Shown: positions 19,516-29,147, counted from the stretch's first letter. The stretch is 64,000 nucleotides of DNA from an uncultured bacterium (GCA_963845185.1 CAWJRG010000010.1:544001-608000), one strand, 5' to 3'. The notes: generated by a model from the letters alone, not told the origin. Translations and numbers: made by a program.

Positions 19516-20247
19516 TTATTTATAGATATTCTTATCTATCATCCATATCAAATTTTCTTTTGCCTTAACCATGGCTGCCGGGTATTTCTTTTTTGCCTTT
19601 GCAGACGATGCCAGTATTTCCTTCATTATCCCGCCCTTGCCTTTGCCCGCTATAATATAGAGGACGGTTTTTGAGTTATTGATAAAAGGCAGGGTCATAG
19701 TTATTCTGTCGCGTACAGGGGCATAAGACGGGGCTTTAACCGCTATTATCAGCCTCTTTTTTTCGTTTAATGCTTTTTTATCCTTCGGGAAAAGCGAGGA
19801 TGTGTGGCCGTCCGGCCCCATGCCTGCTATTACAAGGTCAAAACTCGGTTTTGTGTTTATATCCTTGAAAAAATTTTTTATAATGTCCTCATAGCTTAAA
19901 GCCGACTTTTTTGCCGGGCTTATTTCATCCGGCGGCGGTATCATAAATACGTTTTCAGGTGGTATTTTTATTTTTGAAAGCATAGCGTCGTATACAAGCT
20001 TAAAATTACTTTTTTCGTCCTTGAAGCTCACATACCTGTCGTCCTGCCAGAATATAAAAACTCTGCTCCAGTCAATCATACATTTTACCAGGTCCCGGTA
20101 TGTTGGCACAGGGTCGCTGCCTCCTGATACAGCAAGCGTAAAATAACCTTTTTGCCTTATAGTTTTTTTTGCCATATCTGTTATCAAACCCGCTGCCTTT
20201 TTGCTCAATGTTTTTAAATTTTCAAAATGCATTGTTTTTGTTTTCAT
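19516..20247 (-). CDS. pgl: 6-phosphogluconolactonase
   Basis: LAVSGGS, FWQDDRYV, GMGPDGHTSSLFP, RITMT; downstream of zwf. Confidence 0.92.
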   Translation of the reverse strand: MKTKTMHFENLKTLSKKAAGLITDMAKKTIRQKGYFTLAVSGGSDPVPTYRDLVKCMIDWSRVFIFWQDDRYVSFKDEKSNFKLVYDAMLSKIKIPPENVFMIPPPDEISPAKKSALSYEDIIKNFFKDINTKPSFDLVIAGMGPDGHTSSLFPKDKKALNEKKRLIIAVKAPSYAPVRDRITMTLPFINNSKTVLYIIAGKGKGGIMKEILASSAKAKKKYPAAMVKAKENLIWMIDKNIYK

Positions 20248-20274
20248 GTTTTGTCCTTTGTTTTGATTAGGAAC

Positions 20275-20409
20275 ACCCTTCCCCCTCGACGGGGGAAGGT
20301 CTGGATGGGGGTGACGTAGCAGCTGAAAGTATCTATTTTTCAAGCATACCCTTTCTCCATTTTGCCGCTACTTCACCCTCTCCTTTTTCCTCTCCCGTCG
20401 AGGGAGAGG
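20275..20409. repeat. Paired CCCTTCCCCC..GGGGGAAGG / CCTCTCCC..GGGAGAGG palindromic elements
   Basis: Two related hairpin units in inverted orientation; similar pair at 43671-43735. Confidence 0.7.
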
Positions 20410-20420
20410 AGACCTCTAAT

Positions 20421-20453
20421 ATTGCTTCGCTCCATTTGGTCGCTCGCAATGAC
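20421..20453 (-). repeat. GTCATTGCGAG-family half element
   Basis: Reverse complement GTCATTGCGAGCGACCAAATGGAGCGAAGCAAT closely matches 5841-5873. Confidence 0.8.
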
Positions 20454-20466
20454 AAAATTGCACATC

Positions 20467-22017
20467 TTACACCCAGCTCCTGCCGTCTTTTTTTAAAAGT
20501 TCGTCTGCCTCAACCGGGCCCATGTTTCCTGATTCGTATAATTTCAGGAATTTTTTCCTTTTTTCATTGTTGTTTTCAGCGAGTTCATGCAGAACAGGCG
20601 TAAAAACCGCCCACGATGCCTCAAGCCCGTCCTTGCGCCAGAAAAGTGTTTGGTCCCCGAGCATTACGTCAAGCAAAAGCCCCTCATAATCGTCGATCAG
20701 TTCATAGCCCAGCAAATCCGTGTAATTAAAATCCATTCTCACGGTATTGATGCACGTTTTCGGGCCGGGATGTTTTACCTGTACCACGAGCGATACCCTT
20801 TGTTCAGGCTGTATATAAATCTCAAGTATATTCGACGCAAGTTCTGCTTCAGGTATAGGGCAGAACATGCACCGGAAAATCTTTTTGAAGACAACCGAAA
20901 TTTTTGTGCATTTTTCCCCCATCCTTTTCCCTGTTCTTATGTAAAAAGGCACTCCCTTCCACCTTTCATTGTCTATGAAAAGCCTCATTGCCGCGAAAGT
21001 CTCTGTTTTTGAATCTTTTGAAATGCCCGGTTCGTTTATGTACGCAGCCGCGTCCTTGCCCTGTATTTTCCCTGCTGAATATTGTCCAATTATAATTTCA
21101 TCTGTTTTTAACTGCATTATCGGCTTTATTATTTTTGTTCTCTCGTTTCTTGTGGACTCCGGGTCAAAGGCAGCAGGCGGTTCCATCGCAGTCATTGCCA
21201 CAAGCTGCATCATGTGGCTCTGGCACATGTCTCTTATAATTCCTGTTGTGTCAAAATATCCTGCCCTGTGCTCCACGCCTAGTGTCTCTGCCGCGGTTAT
21301 CTGCACATTGTCTATGTACTTGCTGTTCCACACAGGCTCGAATATTAGATTAGCGAACCTCAAGACAAGCATATTTTGTACTGCCTGTTTGCCCAGGTAA
21401 TGGTCTATCCTGTAAATCTGATCCTCAGAAATGAATTTAAGAAGTTTTTCGTTTAATTCCACTGCTGTATTTAAATCCCTGCCGACAGGCTTTTCAACAA
21501 CCACCCTTTTCCATGCTTTTGGATTTTTCTCCACAAGGCAGCATAAGCCAAGGTGTTCTACTATCCCGGGGTATAAATCCGGCGGAGTCGCAAGGTAATA
21601 AACCATGTTGTCCCCTGTATTGTTTCTGGCGCTTAAGTTGTTTATGTCCTGTTTTAGCCCGTCATAGTCTTTCTGGCTGGCGTAATCTCCGCAGTAATAA
21701 TGGCATTTTTTCGCGAATTCAATCCCTGTCGCGTTGTCAGCGCCGTTTGCGTGCTCCCTCAGGCTGGTTTTCACTCTTTCCCTGAAAGATTCGTCGCTCA
21801 TTTTTGTCCTTGCAAATCCTATAACAAAAAAATTTTCGGGAAGTTGTTTCTTTTTATAAAGGTTGTAAAGCGAGGGTATTAGTTTTCTTTGCGTCAGATC
21901 GCCTGACGCTCCGAATATTGCAAACCCGCATGGCCCGGGCAATTGCTGCTCGCAAAAGACAGGTTCTTTCTGCCCGGTTGCAAAGGGAATTTTGATATTT
22001 AAAAATTCTTTATCCAT
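20467..22017 (-). CDS. zwf: Glucose-6-phosphate 1-dehydrogenase
   Basis: GASGDL, RIDHYLGK, VEKP, RWKGVPFYIRTGK. Confidence 0.97.
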   Translation of the reverse strand: MDKEFLNIKIPFATGQKEPVFCEQQLPGPCGFAIFGASGDLTQRKLIPSLYNLYKKKQLPENFFVIGFARTKMSDESFRERVKTSLREHANGADNATGIEFAKKCHYYCGDYASQKDYDGLKQDINNLSARNNTGDNMVYYLATPPDLYPGIVEHLGLCCLVEKNPKAWKRVVVEKPVGRDLNTAVELNEKLLKFISEDQIYRIDHYLGKQAVQNMLVLRFANLIFEPVWNSKYIDNVQITAAETLGVEHRAGYFDTTGIIRDMCQSHMMQLVAMTAMEPPAAFDPESTRNERTKIIKPIMQLKTDEIIIGQYSAGKIQGKDAAAYINEPGISKDSKTETFAAMRLFIDNERWKGVPFYIRTGKRMGEKCTKISVVFKKIFRCMFCPIPEAELASNILEIYIQPEQRVSLVVQVKHPGPKTCINTVRMDFNYTDLLGYELIDDYEGLLLDVMLGDQTLFWRKDGLEASWAVFTPVLHELAENNNEKRKKFLKLYESGNMGPVEADELLKKDGRSWV

Positions 22018-22018
22018 T

Positions 22019-22993
22019 TTATTTTGGTTTTTTATCCGCAGCCGCATGCTTTACTCTGCCCGCGCCTGCATCACTTGTTTTTACGTCTTCGCCTTGTCTT
22101 GCCACTGCATGGCCGCCGAATTCGCGCCTCAGCGCCGCGAGCACCCTGTTGGCGAAAGCATCCTTTTGCCTCGAGTTAAACCTCTTATACAGCGCTGTCG
22201 TTATGACATCCGCGGGTACGCCCGTGTCTATGGCTTCTTTTATGGTCCATCTTGCCTCTCCCGAATCCTCTACAAAACCCTGTATCTCGTCCAGGCCCGA
22301 GTCTTTGTCGAATACATTTTCAAGCAGCTCCAGCAGCCATGAACGCACCACGCTGCCCTGGTTCCATAAATGGGCCACCTGCTGTAAATCGAGCTTGCCT
22401 GCGTAAGGCGATGCCTTTAAAATCTCAAAACCCTCGGCGTACGCTTCCATGAGCCCGTACTCGATGGCATTGTGTATCATCTTTACAAAATGCCCTGCTC
22501 CCGGGCCGCCGCAATACATATACCCGTCTTTCGGCGCCAGGTCTTTTAAAATCGGTTCCATGCGTTTAAAAATTTCTTCCTCGCCGCCCACCATGGTGCA
22601 GTATCCGATTTTAAGCCCCCATATTCCACCGGATACTCCTGCGTCAGCGTAATGTATTCCTGCCTTTTTCAGCTCGTCAAACCTTCTTATGTCTTCCCTG
22701 TATGGCGAGTTGCCGCCTTCAACTATGACGTCACCCTTTGAAAGCAGTTTAACAAGGTCTGCAATATGCTTTTCAGTTACATCCCCTGCCGGCAGCATAA
22801 GCCACACTATCCGCGGGGTTTGCAGTTTCTGTATGAATTCCGCCATAGAATATGCCCCAACAGCACCTTCCTTTTCTATTTCCTTTGTTTTTTCAGCCGT
22901 CCTGTTAAAAGCCACAATATTATGGCCTGCTTTGATGAGCCTTTTTGCCATGTTGCCGCCCATCCTTCCAAGTCCAATCATCCCTAATTGCAT
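22019..22993 (-). CDS. gnd: 6-phosphogluconate dehydrogenase (decarboxylating, short form)
   Basis: IGLGRMGGNM, GVSGG, GAGHFVKMIHN, EDSGEARWT, FGGH. Confidence 0.95.
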   Translation of the reverse strand: MQLGMIGLGRMGGNMAKRLIKAGHNIVAFNRTAEKTKEIEKEGAVGAYSMAEFIQKLQTPRIVWLMLPAGDVTEKHIADLVKLLSKGDVIVEGGNSPYREDIRRFDELKKAGIHYADAGVSGGIWGLKIGYCTMVGGEEEIFKRMEPILKDLAPKDGYMYCGGPGAGHFVKMIHNAIEYGLMEAYAEGFEILKASPYAGKLDLQQVAHLWNQGSVVRSWLLELLENVFDKDSGLDEIQGFVEDSGEARWTIKEAIDTGVPADVITTALYKRFNSRQKDAFANRVLAALRREFGGHAVARQGEDVKTSDAGAGRVKHAAADKKPK

Positions 22994-23021
22994 ATGTGCC
23001 TCCATTTTTTGTCTTTTATTT

Positions 23022-23049
23022 GTAGAGACACGCCATGGCGTGTCTCTAC
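23022..23049. repeat. 28-bp GTAG-family REP-like palindrome (unoccupied)
   Basis: Perfect palindrome GTAGAGACACGCCATGGCGTGTCTCTAC; overlaps the tkt stop codon. Confidence 0.92.
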
Positions 23050-25049
23050 TTTAAATTTAAAATCTTCATTACCTTTTCAACGACATTCTCAACTGTAAAC
23101 CCGTATTTTTCCATTACTATCTCGCCCGGCGCAGACGCGCCGAACTTATCCACGCCTATCACGCAGCCTTCATCGCCTGCCAGGCCTTTCCAGAAATATG
23201 GCGAGCCTGCTTCTATTATAACACGCTTTTTTATTACCGAAGGTATCACGCTTTCCATGTATTGTTCTGATTGTTCCATGAATATTTCGTATGAAGGCAT
23301 TGATACGACCCTTGCTTTTATTTTTTTTGCTTTTAATTTTTCATACGCGCCAAGAGCCAGATGAACTTCAGAGCCTGTCGCAATCAGGATAACATCCGGC
23401 TTATCGCCCGCATCCAGAAGGATATATGCGCCCTTTTCTAAATTTTCAAATATTTTATATTTTTCAAAATCAAGCACAGGCAGATTTTGCCTGGTAAGGC
23501 AGAGTGCTATGGGCCTTTTATTTGCTATAGCATAATTCCACGCAGCCGAAGTCTCGTTTGCGTCAGCCGGCCTTATCACGGTCATGCCGGGTATCATGCG
23601 CAGCGAAGAAAGCTGCTCCACGGGCTGGTGCGTGGGCCCGTCCTGGCCCAGGCCTATGCTGTCGTGAGTAAAAATAAATATCGAGTGGGTTTTCATCAGA
23701 GCAGCAAGCCTTATGGCAGGCCGCATGTAATCGGAAAAAATCAGGAAAGTCGCGCAGTAAGGTATCAAACCGCCGTGAAGCGCGATGCCGTTTGTAATGG
23801 CTCCCATTGCGTGCTCGCGCACGCCGAAATGCATATTCCTCGCGCATCCGCTTGCCACGCCTATATCTCCGTAGCCGTGAAGCAGTGTTTTTGTAGACGG
23901 GCTCAAGTCAGCCGAGCCTCCCATGAATTCAGTCATGTATTTCTCTATGTTATTCATGACTTTTTCCGAAGCAACCCTTGTAGATACAGGCCCGTCCTTT
24001 GGGAAAAATTCCAGAAAATTTTCCGTCAGTTTCCTGTTCACGCGGCCTTCCATGTATTTGTTTAAAAGCTCAACCTGTTCCGGGTTATTTTTCCTGTATT
24101 TTTCCACAAGCTCGTGCCAGTTCTTTACTTTTTCATCAGTATCTGACTCAAGCCGTTTAAAATGCGCGTAAACTTCTTCCGGCACAAAAAAACTTTTATC
24201 AGCCGGCCAGCCGAATTTTTCCTTTGTTTCTTTCACGCCTTCTTCTCCCAGGGGCTCGCCATGCGCCGCGCCTGTATCCTGTTTTGGTGAACCAAATCCT
24301 ATGTGCGTGCGAACTATTATGAGCGAAGGTTTTTGTTTTTCCCCTCTTGCTTCTTCTAATGCTTTTGCTATGTCCTCAATGTCGTTCCCGTCTGCAATTT
24401 TAATTGTTTGCCAGCCGTATGCGTCAAAACGCTCAGCAACGTTTTCGCCGAAAGTAATCGAAGTATCGCCTTCTATTGATACATGGTTTTCGTCGTAAAG
24501 GTAAATGAGTTTCCCTAGTTTCATTGTGCCTGCAAGCGACGCGGCTTCAGAAGATATCCCTTCCATCAGGTCGCCGTCAGACACAATAGCGTAGGTATAA
24601 TGGTCTATTATTTTTAAATCAGGCGTGTTAAAGCAGTCCCCCAGCACTTTTTCAGCTATTGCCATGCCCACACCCATGCCAAAACCCTGGCCAAGCGGCC
24701 CTGTCGTGGCTTCGATTCCGGGCGTAAGCCCGTATTCGGGATGGCCCGGTGTTATGCTGCCATACTGCCTGAACTTTTTCAGGTCGTCCATTGTAATGCC
24801 ATAACCGTATAAGTGTAAAAGTGAATATAACAGCGCACAGCCGTGTCCTGCTGAAAGTATGAACCTGTCCCTGTCCACCCATTTCGGGTTTTCAGGTGAG
24901 TGTTTTAAAAATTTGGAAAATAAGACATAAGCCATGGGCGCTGCGCCAAGCGGCATGCCAGGATGCCCTGACTTTGCCTTTTCCACCATGTCTATGGAAA
25001 GCATGCGTAAAGTATTTATGCAAAGCTCGTCAATATTGTTTTCAGCCAT
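23046..25049 (-). CDS. tkt: Transketolase
   Basis: SGHPG, RDRFILSAGHG, TPGHPE, TTGPLGQG, DGDLMEG, GVREHAM, DGPTHQP. Confidence 0.97.
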   Translation of the reverse strand: MAENNIDELCINTLRMLSIDMVEKAKSGHPGMPLGAAPMAYVLFSKFLKHSPENPKWVDRDRFILSAGHGCALLYSLLHLYGYGITMDDLKKFRQYGSITPGHPEYGLTPGIEATTGPLGQGFGMGVGMAIAEKVLGDCFNTPDLKIIDHYTYAIVSDGDLMEGISSEAASLAGTMKLGKLIYLYDENHVSIEGDTSITFGENVAERFDAYGWQTIKIADGNDIEDIAKALEEARGEKQKPSLIIVRTHIGFGSPKQDTGAAHGEPLGEEGVKETKEKFGWPADKSFFVPEEVYAHFKRLESDTDEKVKNWHELVEKYRKNNPEQVELLNKYMEGRVNRKLTENFLEFFPKDGPVSTRVASEKVMNNIEKYMTEFMGGSADLSPSTKTLLHGYGDIGVASGCARNMHFGVREHAMGAITNGIALHGGLIPYCATFLIFSDYMRPAIRLAALMKTHSIFIFTHDSIGLGQDGPTHQPVEQLSSLRMIPGMTVIRPADANETSAAWNYAIANKRPIALCLTRQNLPVLDFEKYKIFENLEKGAYILLDAGDKPDVILIATGSEVHLALGAYEKLKAKKIKARVVSMPSYEIFMEQSEQYMESVIPSVIKKRVIIEAGSPYFWKGLAGDEGCVIGVDKFGASAPGEIVMEKYGFTVENVVEKVMKILNLK

Positions 25050-25096
25050 TTTTATACCACCGACTCTATATTTTTTAATTGTAGAGACACGCCATG

Positions 25097-26710
25097 GAGT
25101 CTGTCTCAAAACTCTTTTAAACGCCTTGCATTGCCTACACTTATCGCGTTTTTTAGCCCCTATCTTTATTATTTCTCTTCTTTTCGATTTGTGGTTCTTT
25201 TCTTGTCAGGTTGCGAACCTTAATTTAACCTTACCTTCCCTCCACAAGGCATACATTGTCTTTATGTTATGGGCGGCGCATATAAAAGACCATTGTGTTT
25301 TTACGCTTTCGATTCCTCTAACACTAAATCTTGTAAAACCAAGTACGTTTTTTATACGTCCCAATAATGGCTCAACTATTGTTTTTCTCTTTCGAAGCTG
25401 TTCTTTCCAGTTATTGACCCTAGCTTCTTCTCTGTATATTGACACTATCTCCTCATACTCATGCTTATTTGCTTCTATTATCCTTCCGGATTTTACCTTG
25501 CTGCATTCGTATTTATAAATACAATCCCTATGATCCCCGCATCGGTATATCATTGTCTCTTTTCCGTTTTTCTTCTTCCTTATACTGGTATATTCAAGCC
25601 TGCCATTTTTAGGACATACATATTCGTTTTTTTCTTTGTCGTATTTAAAATGCGCTTTGCCATACGGCCTATCGCTGTCATCCTCCGGCAAGTTAACAAT
25701 TATATTCCTTTTTTCTTCTTTGGCTTTTGCCAGTTCTTCCGGTGAATAATACCCTCCATCCGCAAGCGTTACTCCTGATTTTTGTCCGGTATTCGACTCT
25801 GCTTTTTCTATCATATCATTCAGCATGTGAGCATCCGATTCCTTGTTTGTCACATTCTCTGCCACAATTATCTGTTTCTTTGCGTCCACAACAACCTGTG
25901 AGTTATATGCCTGTTGCAGTCCTTTACCTCTTGTCATCATGAACCGGCTGTCTCTATCTGTGGGGTTTTCAGTTGTTTTTCCTTCACTTTTCATACGTTC
26001 TATATGTTCTCTTATTACCTGACGCAGTTTCTCCTTTTCCTGCAATTCTTTTGGCATTCCGCACTTACTTTTGCCCTCTTCATCGTCTTGTTCGTCATTT
26101 TTCTCAATTTCCACCATTATTTTGTCTATTTCTCTGTCTAATTCTTGTATTTTTTTATTCATGTCTTTTATTGTTTTGGTCTTTTCCTTATTTACATCTG
26201 CCTGTATTTTTGTGCCGTCCACGGCTTGGATTTCAAAACCAACCAAATTGTTGTTTGTTGCCACACGCACCGTCTCCTTCAGTAAAACCCTTATCTGCTC
26301 TTTATTTCCTTTAAAAAATCTCCATAGCGTATTATGGTCGGGATGATTATTCCCGGTTATCCATATCATCCCCATTGAATCGTAAGTCATTTTTTCAACT
26401 TTTCTGCTGCTCTTTTTTCCTTCCAGTATGCCGTACATCCATGCCCCAAGTAAAAGATCTACAAAATATCCCGGTCTTCCGGTTTCTTCTTCCATTTTAA
26501 AACCCATCTCTTCAAGCGGTAATTCTTCTACGAATTCTACGACAAATCGAGCTAAATGATCTTTTGAAACCCAATCTTCTATTGCCGGTGGCAGTAGATA
26601 CATTTGATTTCTATCGGCTCTTATCGTTGGCATTTGGTTTCTCCTTCGCTAAATTTTGAAACCATTATACCATTTATGTCAAAGAATTAAGAGGCTTTTG
26701 AGACAGACTC
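25097..26710 (-). mobile_element. IS1182-family IS, copy 2 (1614 bp)
   Basis: Same TIRs; TSD CATG (25093-25096, 26711-26714); flanks rejoin to GTAGAGACACGCCATGGCGTGTCTCTAC. Confidence 0.95.
25206..26633 (-). CDS. IS1182-family DDE transposase
   Basis: Protein identical to 15649-17076; one synonymous difference noticed (16672 vs 26229). Confidence 0.95.
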   Translation of the reverse strand: MPTIRADRNQMYLLPPAIEDWVSKDHLARFVVEFVEELPLEEMGFKMEEETGRPGYFVDLLLGAWMYGILEGKKSSRKVEKMTYDSMGMIWITGNNHPDHNTLWRFFKGNKEQIRVLLKETVRVATNNNLVGFEIQAVDGTKIQADVNKEKTKTIKDMNKKIQELDREIDKIMVEIEKNDEQDDEEGKSKCGMPKELQEKEKLRQVIREHIERMKSEGKTTENPTDRDSRFMMTRGKGLQQAYNSQVVVDAKKQIIVAENVTNKESDAHMLNDMIEKAESNTGQKSGVTLADGGYYSPEELAKAKEEKRNIIVNLPEDDSDRPYGKAHFKYDKEKNEYVCPKNGRLEYTSIRKKKNGKETMIYRCGDHRDCIYKYECSKVKSGRIIEANKHEYEEIVSIYREEARVNNWKEQLRKRKTIVEPLLGRIKNVLGFTRFSVRGIESVKTQWSFICAAHNIKTMYALWREGKVKLRFAT

Positions 26711-26762
26711 CATGGCGTGTCTCTACTTTAACTGTCCTTATGAAAATATCGTGGGATAATCG

Positions 26763-27338
26763 TCACCCTCCCAGTTCAGCGCTGTATTTGTCTATGGAAT
26801 ATATTTTATTCAGTTCCAGCCTGGGCGGCCTGTTTGCCTCGCCGAGCTTCATATTATCTGAAAGTATCGGGTTTAAGGTGTCGGATTTTTTTCCGACATT
26901 TATTATTGTTATAAGCGTATACTCGTCAGGGATGTAAAGCGCCTGCTTTGCTTTTTCCTGGTCAAATCCAGCTATTGGATGGGCGATAAGCCCCATTTCC
27001 GTAGCCCTGAGCACGATAAAGGCTGTTGCTATCCCTAAGTCAAACAAAAAATATTCCCTGCCGTCCTTATTATTAATGCAGTCTTTTTCCTTTTTGCTGA
27101 AAACCGCGATTATCAGCGAAGCTGATTTTACCCATGCGTTTCCCGGCGGAAGCGCTTCATGAAGCCTGCTAAGCGCGTCTTTTCCTCTTGTAAAAACAAA
27201 CCTCCACGGCTGGTTGTTATTGCATGACATGGCAAGCTGCGCGCATTTCGCGAAATCCTCAATCATTGCGTCCGTGATTTCAATTGGCGCAAAAGACCTG
27301 TATGCCCTTCTTTTTTCTATAGCTTCCTTTACATCCAT
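26763..27338 (-). CDS. Nitroreductase family protein
   Basis: AIEKRRAYRSF, SCNNNQPWRF, LRATEMGL. Confidence 0.9.
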   Translation of the reverse strand: MDVKEAIEKRRAYRSFAPIEITDAMIEDFAKCAQLAMSCNNNQPWRFVFTRGKDALSRLHEALPPGNAWVKSASLIIAVFSKKEKDCINNKDGREYFLFDLGIATAFIVLRATEMGLIAHPIAGFDQEKAKQALYIPDEYTLITIINVGKKSDTLNPILSDNMKLGEANRPPRLELNKIYSIDKYSAELGG

Positions 27339-27348
27339 TTTTAGCCTC

Positions 27349-27753
27349 CTATTTTTTTGTTTTATCCGTTGCCTTTTTCTTTTCCTTGGCCTTTACAGGC
27401 GCTTGAGACACAACTGTTTCCTTCGTGAGATCCCCATACTTGTTACAATCCGCGTCTATTGATACTTTATCACCGGGTTTCAAGCCGGGAATGATATACA
27501 TGACTTCCTGCTTATCCGCATTTAGCTGTTCGGTAGCTTCCTGTTTAATAAGCTTTTTCCCGTTCACCGATACCTGTATCAAATAAATAAAATGTTCCTT
27601 TGGGTTCTCAGTGGGATGCTCAATATCCGCCTTTACAATGGACTTCGCCATGTCAAAAGTAATAATAATATCGGTCGGCGGGGTAGCCAGAGCCGAAAAG
27701 CAAAAGACAAATAAAAAAATAACTGCCAGGGCTATCCCTTTTTCCATTTTCAT
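27349..27753 (-). CDS. Secreted hypothetical protein, distant superoxide-reductase-like motif pattern
   Basis: Signal peptide; EHP..EHFI...DCNKYG resembles the HP..HWI...CNKHG pattern of dfx. Confidence 0.55.
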   Translation of the reverse strand: MKMEKGIALAVIFLFVFCFSALATPPTDIIITFDMAKSIVKADIEHPTENPKEHFIYLIQVSVNGKKLIKQEATEQLNADKQEVMYIIPGLKPGDKVSIDADCNKYGDLTKETVVSQAPVKAKEKKKATDKTKK

Positions 27754-27770
27754 TTTCTCCTTTTGGGTTT

Positions 27771-28244
27771 TTATTTATCTCTTTTTTTCAGGAATAAAAG
27801 CAGTTCATTAAAATCCGGTACCTGTGACATCGGATATATCTTGATAAAAATTACTTTTCTTTGCTCATCAAGCATTATATTTACCCTTCCTGATATCCCT
27901 GATTTATTTATGAATATGCCCAGTTTTTCCGCAAGCCCGCCATGCGGCCAGAAATCAGCCATCAAATTAAGCTTTGTTATTTTCAATGATTTTGCCCATG
28001 CTGCTTTTGAAGGCGCGCTGTCCACGCTGAATCCAAGCGGTATTGTGTTTAACTTTACAAATTTATTATAATTTTGGTCAAGCGCCTTCATCTGCTTTGC
28101 GCATACTGATGTCCACGCGAGCGGGTGAAAAGAAAGCAGGATTTTTTTGCCTTTGAACTCCGCAGTATTTATCTTGATGCTTTTGTGGCTCTCAAGTATA
28201 AAATCCTTTACTTTATCTCCCGGTCTAACAGGTCTGTTTGCCAT
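27771..28244 (-). CDS. Peroxiredoxin (AhpC/TSA family)
   Basis: FHPLAWTSVC (PxxxTxxC), SVDS, ADFWPHG. Confidence 0.9.
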   Translation of the reverse strand: MANRPVRPGDKVKDFILESHKSIKINTAEFKGKKILLSFHPLAWTSVCAKQMKALDQNYNKFVKLNTIPLGFSVDSAPSKAAWAKSLKITKLNLMADFWPHGGLAEKLGIFINKSGISGRVNIMLDEQRKVIFIKIYPMSQVPDFNELLLFLKKRDK

Positions 28245-28253
28245 AATACCCTC

Positions 28254-29111
28254 CTATGCTTTTTGTTTTATCAGTTCCTTTATTTTATCCATGCTTATTT
28301 GCTTTTCATACAACGGTTCCTTATATTGTTTGTATAAGCGCAGGTTGTCTTCAAAGGTTGTTTTATTTTCATTTATATAAAATATTCCAAACGGCAATTT
28401 TTCATTTTCCAGCGCGCGCTTGAATGCAGCGGCCCTGTCAGTTGGCTTGTATGTGTTTTCTATATAATAAGTATGCTCTTTAAACCATTTGAAGGTGTTT
28501 ATTTTATTGAAAGAAACGCACGGCTGGAAAACATCCACAAGCGCAAATCCTTTATGCCTGACTGCTTCCTTAAATATCTCTTTTGTCTTTTCGATGTCGC
28601 CTGAAAAGGCCCTTGCCACAAATGATGCGTCCATTGCTATTGCAAGCGCGATCGGGTTGAGAGCCGACTCAAAAACCCCGTCAACCTGTATTGGAGTCTG
28701 CATGCCCAGTTGCGAAGTAGGCGATGCCTGGCCTTTTGTCAGGCCGTACACCATGTTGTCGTGCACTATGACGGTTATGTCCGGGTTCCTCCTTATAGCG
28801 TGCAAAAAATGGTTTCCCCCCTCGCCGTACATGTCGCCGTCGCCGCTTTCTACAATTACCGTCAATGCCGGGTTGGCTGCCTTTATGCCTGTGGCTGGAG
28901 GCAAAGACCTGCCGTGAAGCCCGTTAAAAAAACTTACGTCCATATAATGCGGCGCTTTAGCAGCCTGGCCTATGCCTGAAACAAAAACAATATCCTGCTT
29001 TTTTATATTAAGCCCGTTTAAAGTTTCTATCATTGCCTTTCTTATGCCGAAATTTCCGCATCCCGGGCACCAGGTAATTTCCACGTCATCTTTGTTGAAA
29101 TCTTCAGCCAT
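28254..29111 (-). CDS. korB: 2-oxoacid:ferredoxin oxidoreductase beta subunit
   Basis: WCPGCG, LHGR, GDGD TPP motif, [11 protein letters not shown]; substrate specificity unknown. Confidence 0.9.
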   Translation of the reverse strand: MAEDFNKDDVEITWCPGCGNFGIRKAMIETLNGLNIKKQDIVFVSGIGQAAKAPHYMDVSFFNGLHGRSLPPATGIKAANPALTVIVESGDGDMYGEGGNHFLHAIRRNPDITVIVHDNMVYGLTKGQASPTSQLGMQTPIQVDGVFESALNPIALAIAMDASFVARAFSGDIEKTKEIFKEAVRHKGFALVDVFQPCVSFNKINTFKWFKEHTYYIENTYKPTDRAAAFKRALENEKLPFGIFYINENKTTFEDNLRLYKQYKEPLYEKQISMDKIKELIKQKA

Positions 29112-29147
29112 ATATCGCTCCTTAAATTTCGTTTACTTCGCCAAGCC

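Noticed and set aside
25050..25109. N-terminal ORF extensions of tkt (also pgl, Fe-ADH, rubredoxin) in the ORF track
   Set aside because: They translate repeat or IS sequence; downstream ATGs match the expected family starts.
15540..26710. Composite transposon carrying ADH and PPP genes between the two IS1182 copies
   Set aside because: Each copy has its own matching TSD and its own split palindrome, so they are independent insertions.
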